Notes under the pieces: generated by a model
Database searches by the model: none
The model's input: the letters and a program-made list of their open reading frames with translations, nothing else
Told to the model about the DNA's origin: nothing
Translations under genes and position numbers: made by a program
Assembly (NCBI GenBank): GCA_963804085.1
Contig: CAWDOQ010000016.1
Span: 32,001-96,000 of the forward strand
Length of the DNA stretch: 64,000 nt
From: Chlamydiia bacterium
GTDB taxonomy: Bacteria > Chlamydiota > Chlamydiia > Chlamydiales > Rhabdochlamydiaceae
Direction: 5' to 3'
Shown here: positions 60,630 to 64,000 of the stretch, piece by piece
How the letters are laid out: every line of letters starts with the position of its first letter
Position numbering within the stretch: the first letter of the stretch is position 1

Positions 60630-60793
60630 TCTCCTATCAAAAGTTCTGAATGCATCTCGCAAAACCGAGCGAGGCCGCCGGTCCGGAAGACTAGGGGCAA
60701 CCGCCCCTAGCGCGAGGGCTTCTCTCCAAGCCTCGCAAAAAATAATGACAAAAGGCACACATTAGGCTACACTAGGTTAAAAGGTGGAGGTTG

Positions 60794-61113
60794 ATGCCAA
60801 TTTACATTTTTTCTCCTGAAAAAACCTAGCACTGATAGAAGAGAGAAATATTAGTTTTGATGAAGTGATTGCCGCCATTGAAAATGATCAAATATTGGAT
60901 ATTGTGGAGCACCCGAATAAGCAAAAGTATGGAAATCAAAAAATGTACGTGATTTGGGTAAAAGAATATGTATACCTGGTTCCATTTGTGATTGATATGA
61001 ATGGAGATATCTTCCTTAAAACCATTATCCCAAGCAAAAAGCAAAACGAAAATATATTCAGGAGCACTGATGAAAAAAAGCAGAAAATCGATGCGAAAAA
61101 AACTCGATCCTGA
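60794..61113 (+). CDS. BrnT-like toxin (frameshift in A-run near 60825)
   Basis: MPIYIFSPEK/NLALIEERNISFDEV...HPN..KY..Q...YVYLVPFV...FLKTIIPS. Confidence 0.65.
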
Positions 61114-61360
61114 TGAGAATGATCTCCTATCCTCTTTTGAAAAAGGTGAATGGAAAACAGTAACCAATGTTAAAAAAGAAAAATCGCGTGCACGAAAAGC
61201 TGCAGCAAAAACACTCCGAAAGGACATACGAATTAATATTCGACTATCCAGCAGCGATGTCATGAATATTAAACAAATAGCAGCTTATGAAGGGTTACCC
61301 TATCAAACGCTTATCGCCAGCGTTTTACATAAATATGCTGCAGGGCATTTGGCCCTCTAA
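61070..61360 (+). CDS. CopG/BrnA-like antitoxin
   Basis: INIRLS..D...IK..A..EGLPYQTLIASVLH RHH-like motif. Confidence 0.75.
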   Translation: MKKSRKSMRKKLDPDENDLLSSFEKGEWKTVTNVKKEKSRARKAAAKTLRKDIRINIRLSSSDVMNIKQIAAYEGLPYQTLIASVLHKYAAGHLAL

Positions 61361-61472
61361 TCTTTCTTGTTTGATAGAAGATACAGTGGCTGGCTGGATG
61401 CAACTGCAGTAAAAACTATTTAATTTTCACTTCTTTCCTGTTAAACTTCCCGACTTACACCAAGAGAACAAA

Positions 61473-61991
61473 ATGCCATCTAATACAATCGAAAAAGTTC
61501 AAGCTACAGCCCTCAAAGAATACAAAGCTTTTTTCAAAGAGATTAAAGAAAAAATCCTAACTTCCCAGGTAAAAGCTGCCTTAGCTGTAAATCACGAACT
61601 CATCAATCTTTACTGGGAAATAGGTTCTAAGATTCATCTCAAACAAAAAGATGAAGGCTGGGGTGCCAAGACCGTCGAAAATTTAGCCAAGGACCTCAAA
61701 TCTACCTTTCCAGAGATGAAGGGATTCTCTCTAACAAACATCAAATACATGGTTCAATTCGCAAAGGAATATCCAGAATTTGCAATTAGCCAACAGGTTG
61801 TTGGCCAAATTCCATGGGGTCACAACATCCTTCTCCTTCAAAAACTTGAAACTCTCCAGGATAGGCTCTGGTATGCCCATAAAACAATTGAACATGGATG
61901 GAGTCGAAACGTCTTAATGCATTGGCTAGATAGCGTCTCTCCACCTCCAAGTGAAGAAAGTCAAAAGTCAGAATGCAAAATGCAGAACTAA
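61473..61991 (+). pseudogene. DUF1016/YhcG N-terminal domain, truncated at an att-like site
   Basis: VNHELINLYWEIG, WGAK, GFS..N and IPWGHN motifs; homology ends at tctctccacctccaa. Confidence 0.75.
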
Positions 61992-62014
61992 AGGCCGGAA
62001 AATTCCGAGCCTTT

Positions 62015-63274
62015 TTAATGAAATAGCAGCCATTTCCAAATGGGAATCACTGAAATCACAAAACCATTCATCTTGATTGTATCTTGTTCATTTTCCGTGA
62101 GAATGATCCCTTCCCGTAAGTGATACGTATTCATGGCTTCAATCACTCCTTCGATTTCCCGTTTTTTGGTTTCGGGATCTTCGAGGGTTTTTGCCACTTG
62201 GATGGCTTGAACGATTTGATTCCCTTCTCTCAGGATAAAATCACATTCTTTCTTCTCTTTGTGGAAGTAGATTTCCTTCGTCTGCATTCTCAGGTGAAGA
62301 AATACAATATTTTCCAATAGACGTCCCCGGTCTTCGCTCACCCGAAATCCGGTTATTCGAATCAGAGCCGGATCAATCATGTAACACTTTTTGTTATATT
62401 GAATTTGTTTTTTGAGGGAGTGGCTGTAGCGGTTGACAAAGAAGTAGAGATAACATTGCTCCAAATAGTTGCAATAGTTCGCAATGGTGTGAGGACTGCT
62501 CAGCCCAACAGTTTTAGCTAGATTTGTGTAGCTAAATTCTTTTCCAATATTGCTCGCTAAATAGTAGACCGTTTCTCGCAATGCTTTTTCATCCTGAATT
62601 TTGTAACGCACAATGATGTCGCGGTAGAGAATGCCTTCCAGCAGGTCTTTCAAATATTCTGTTTTTTCAAACTTTACATACTCTGGAATTCCACCATTTT
62701 TTAAATAATTGGAAAAATGATGCAGAATCATGCCGATATCGGTCGTCGATAGAGCTTTTTTAGAAAGCACTTCAGGGTAGTTATGATCTATGATTTCCCG
62801 AAAGGAGAGCGGATACACCTCAAGTTGAATATACCTGCCTGTTAAATGGGTACCCAATTCCATGCTCAAGAGTCTTGCATTCGATCCGGTAATGTAGATC
62901 TTTTTCCCCTGCTCATACAATCTTCGGATAAAACGTTCCCATCCTTCGATATTTTGGATTTCATCAAAGTAAAAAGTGGACTGATCCCCGAACAGTTCGA
63001 TGAGAACCTCCAACAGCATTTGAAAATCCTTCACTTGAAACTGCACGAGCCGTTCATCATCGAAGTTAAAATAGTAATCTGATTTGGCCAATTCCAATTG
63101 CAACATGCGTTGAATTGTAGATTTTCCAGATCTTCTGAGGCCGCTGATGATGATGATGTTTGGGTCGGCTACAAAACGGTGGACGGTTTCGGTCAATGTC
63201 CGGGTATAAAAATTCTTTGGGGGTCTATACTCCTGTTGATCGGCGATGATTTGTTTGAGGGTCTCCCGTTCCAT
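62015..63274 (-). CDS. AAA_14 ATPase with DUF4143 domain
   Basis: GLRRSGKS, FDEIQ, ITGSN, LTGR, GGIPE and ECDF motifs. Confidence 0.88.
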   Translation of the reverse strand: MERETLKQIIADQQEYRPPKNFYTRTLTETVHRFVADPNIIIISGLRRSGKSTIQRMLQLELAKSDYYFNFDDERLVQFQVKDFQMLLEVLIELFGDQSTFYFDEIQNIEGWERFIRRLYEQGKKIYITGSNARLLSMELGTHLTGRYIQLEVYPLSFREIIDHNYPEVLSKKALSTTDIGMILHHFSNYLKNGGIPEYVKFEKTEYLKDLLEGILYRDIIVRYKIQDEKALRETVYYLASNIGKEFSYTNLAKTVGLSSPHTIANYCNYLEQCYLYFFVNRYSHSLKKQIQYNKKCYMIDPALIRITGFRVSEDRGRLLENIVFLHLRMQTKEIYFHKEKKECDFILREGNQIVQAIQVAKTLEDPETKKREIEGVIEAMNTYHLREGIILTENEQDTIKMNGFVISVIPIWKWLLFH

Positions 63275-63511
63275 GCTTCTTCTTCCTTTTTCTGGATTAT
63301 ATCATAAAACCGTGCATTGTCAACGCACGGTTTTGCTTTATAACCATGCATTATTAGCGCACGATATTCGTAAGTTTTTGTTTTCTAAGACGTTACAAGC
63401 ATACCACGATTCTTTTCCACCTCCAATTTGGAAGAGGCCCCAACGGACACACGGACTTCCACGGAGAAAACACGGACGTCCGTTCTCTAGAAGGAATTTC
63501 CAGCTCTGAGC

Positions 63512-63889
63512 TTATGACGAGCTGAGGTTCAAATTAGGAATATTCCATACGCCTAGGACTTGCTGAAGATTTAGATTTTCTGGCTGCCCCTCGATTTTAT
63601 CAGCCAATCCACAAAGGCTCATGATAAATTGTTGTTGTGCTTCAGTAAAAGAATCGGGGCTGCCTGCGCGCAAACTGCTAACAATGCTATCAAATGCTCG
63701 ATAGTAATGCAAAAAAGCTCCCGGATCATCATCGAATTGAAACTCTCCGCGTTCACCCATCTCGCAGGTTTTCTCACGAGGTGTAATCAAATCTGCAAAT
63801 TTCACCAGTCTGTTAGAAGCGTGTATATTCACGTTTCCTTCTTCCGATGCAATTTCGTTAAGGCAAATGACATTGATCGCCGAAATCAC
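63512..63889 (-). CDS. Hypothetical protein or C-terminal gene fragment
   Basis: 125-aa ORF with no recognised motif. Confidence 0.35.
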   Translation of the reverse strand: MISAINVICLNEIASEEGNVNIHASNRLVKFADLITPREKTCEMGERGEFQFDDDPGAFLHYYRAFDSIVSSLRAGSPDSFTEAQQQFIMSLCGLADKIEGQPENLNLQQVLGVWNIPNLNLSSS

Positions 63890-64000
63890 AATATTTGTCT
63901 TACTCTTAATCGGAGCTAAAAGAACCAGACTCCAGCTTTCACAGTACAGTCGAATTGGCCCAAGTGATTCTAAAGGAGAATGAAGAATGGCAAAAATGGA

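Overview
This is a bacterial chromosomal window, most consistent with an environmental member of the phylum Chlamydiae. The support is a long chlamydial-type lepB convergent with a type-2 ileS, a chlamydia-like ssrA 5' end, Lpg1974/MOMP-type porins and several eukaryote-like candidate effectors. The left ~45 kb carries housekeeping and metabolic genes: alr, an SPW/VKOR trio, a ~12 kb sugar cluster (GH63-like, SMP-30, cupin, GH65, MFS, PfkB, glucose dehydrogenase, glucokinase), a sterol C-24 methyltransferase-like gene, a tyrosine phosphatase, polX, pncAB, a CDF transporter, lepB and ileS. It also holds a five-copy family of REP-like palindromes and two larger fold-back elements. From 45.8 kb, tmRNA is followed by a 10.4 kb capsid-less integrative element bounded by 22-bp att repeats (integrase, excisionase-like gene, helicase-like ATPase, HGGxSTG protein, Fic, LysR/LysE cargo). 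Two further degenerate att copies mark an older integration hotspot containing TA genes, a truncated DUF1016 gene, an AAA ATPase, a porin and duplicated F-box-like genes. Several genes, including essential lepB, are split by single-base frameshifts, many in homopolymers, which may be assembly errors. All calls are from motif recognition only; no searches were run.
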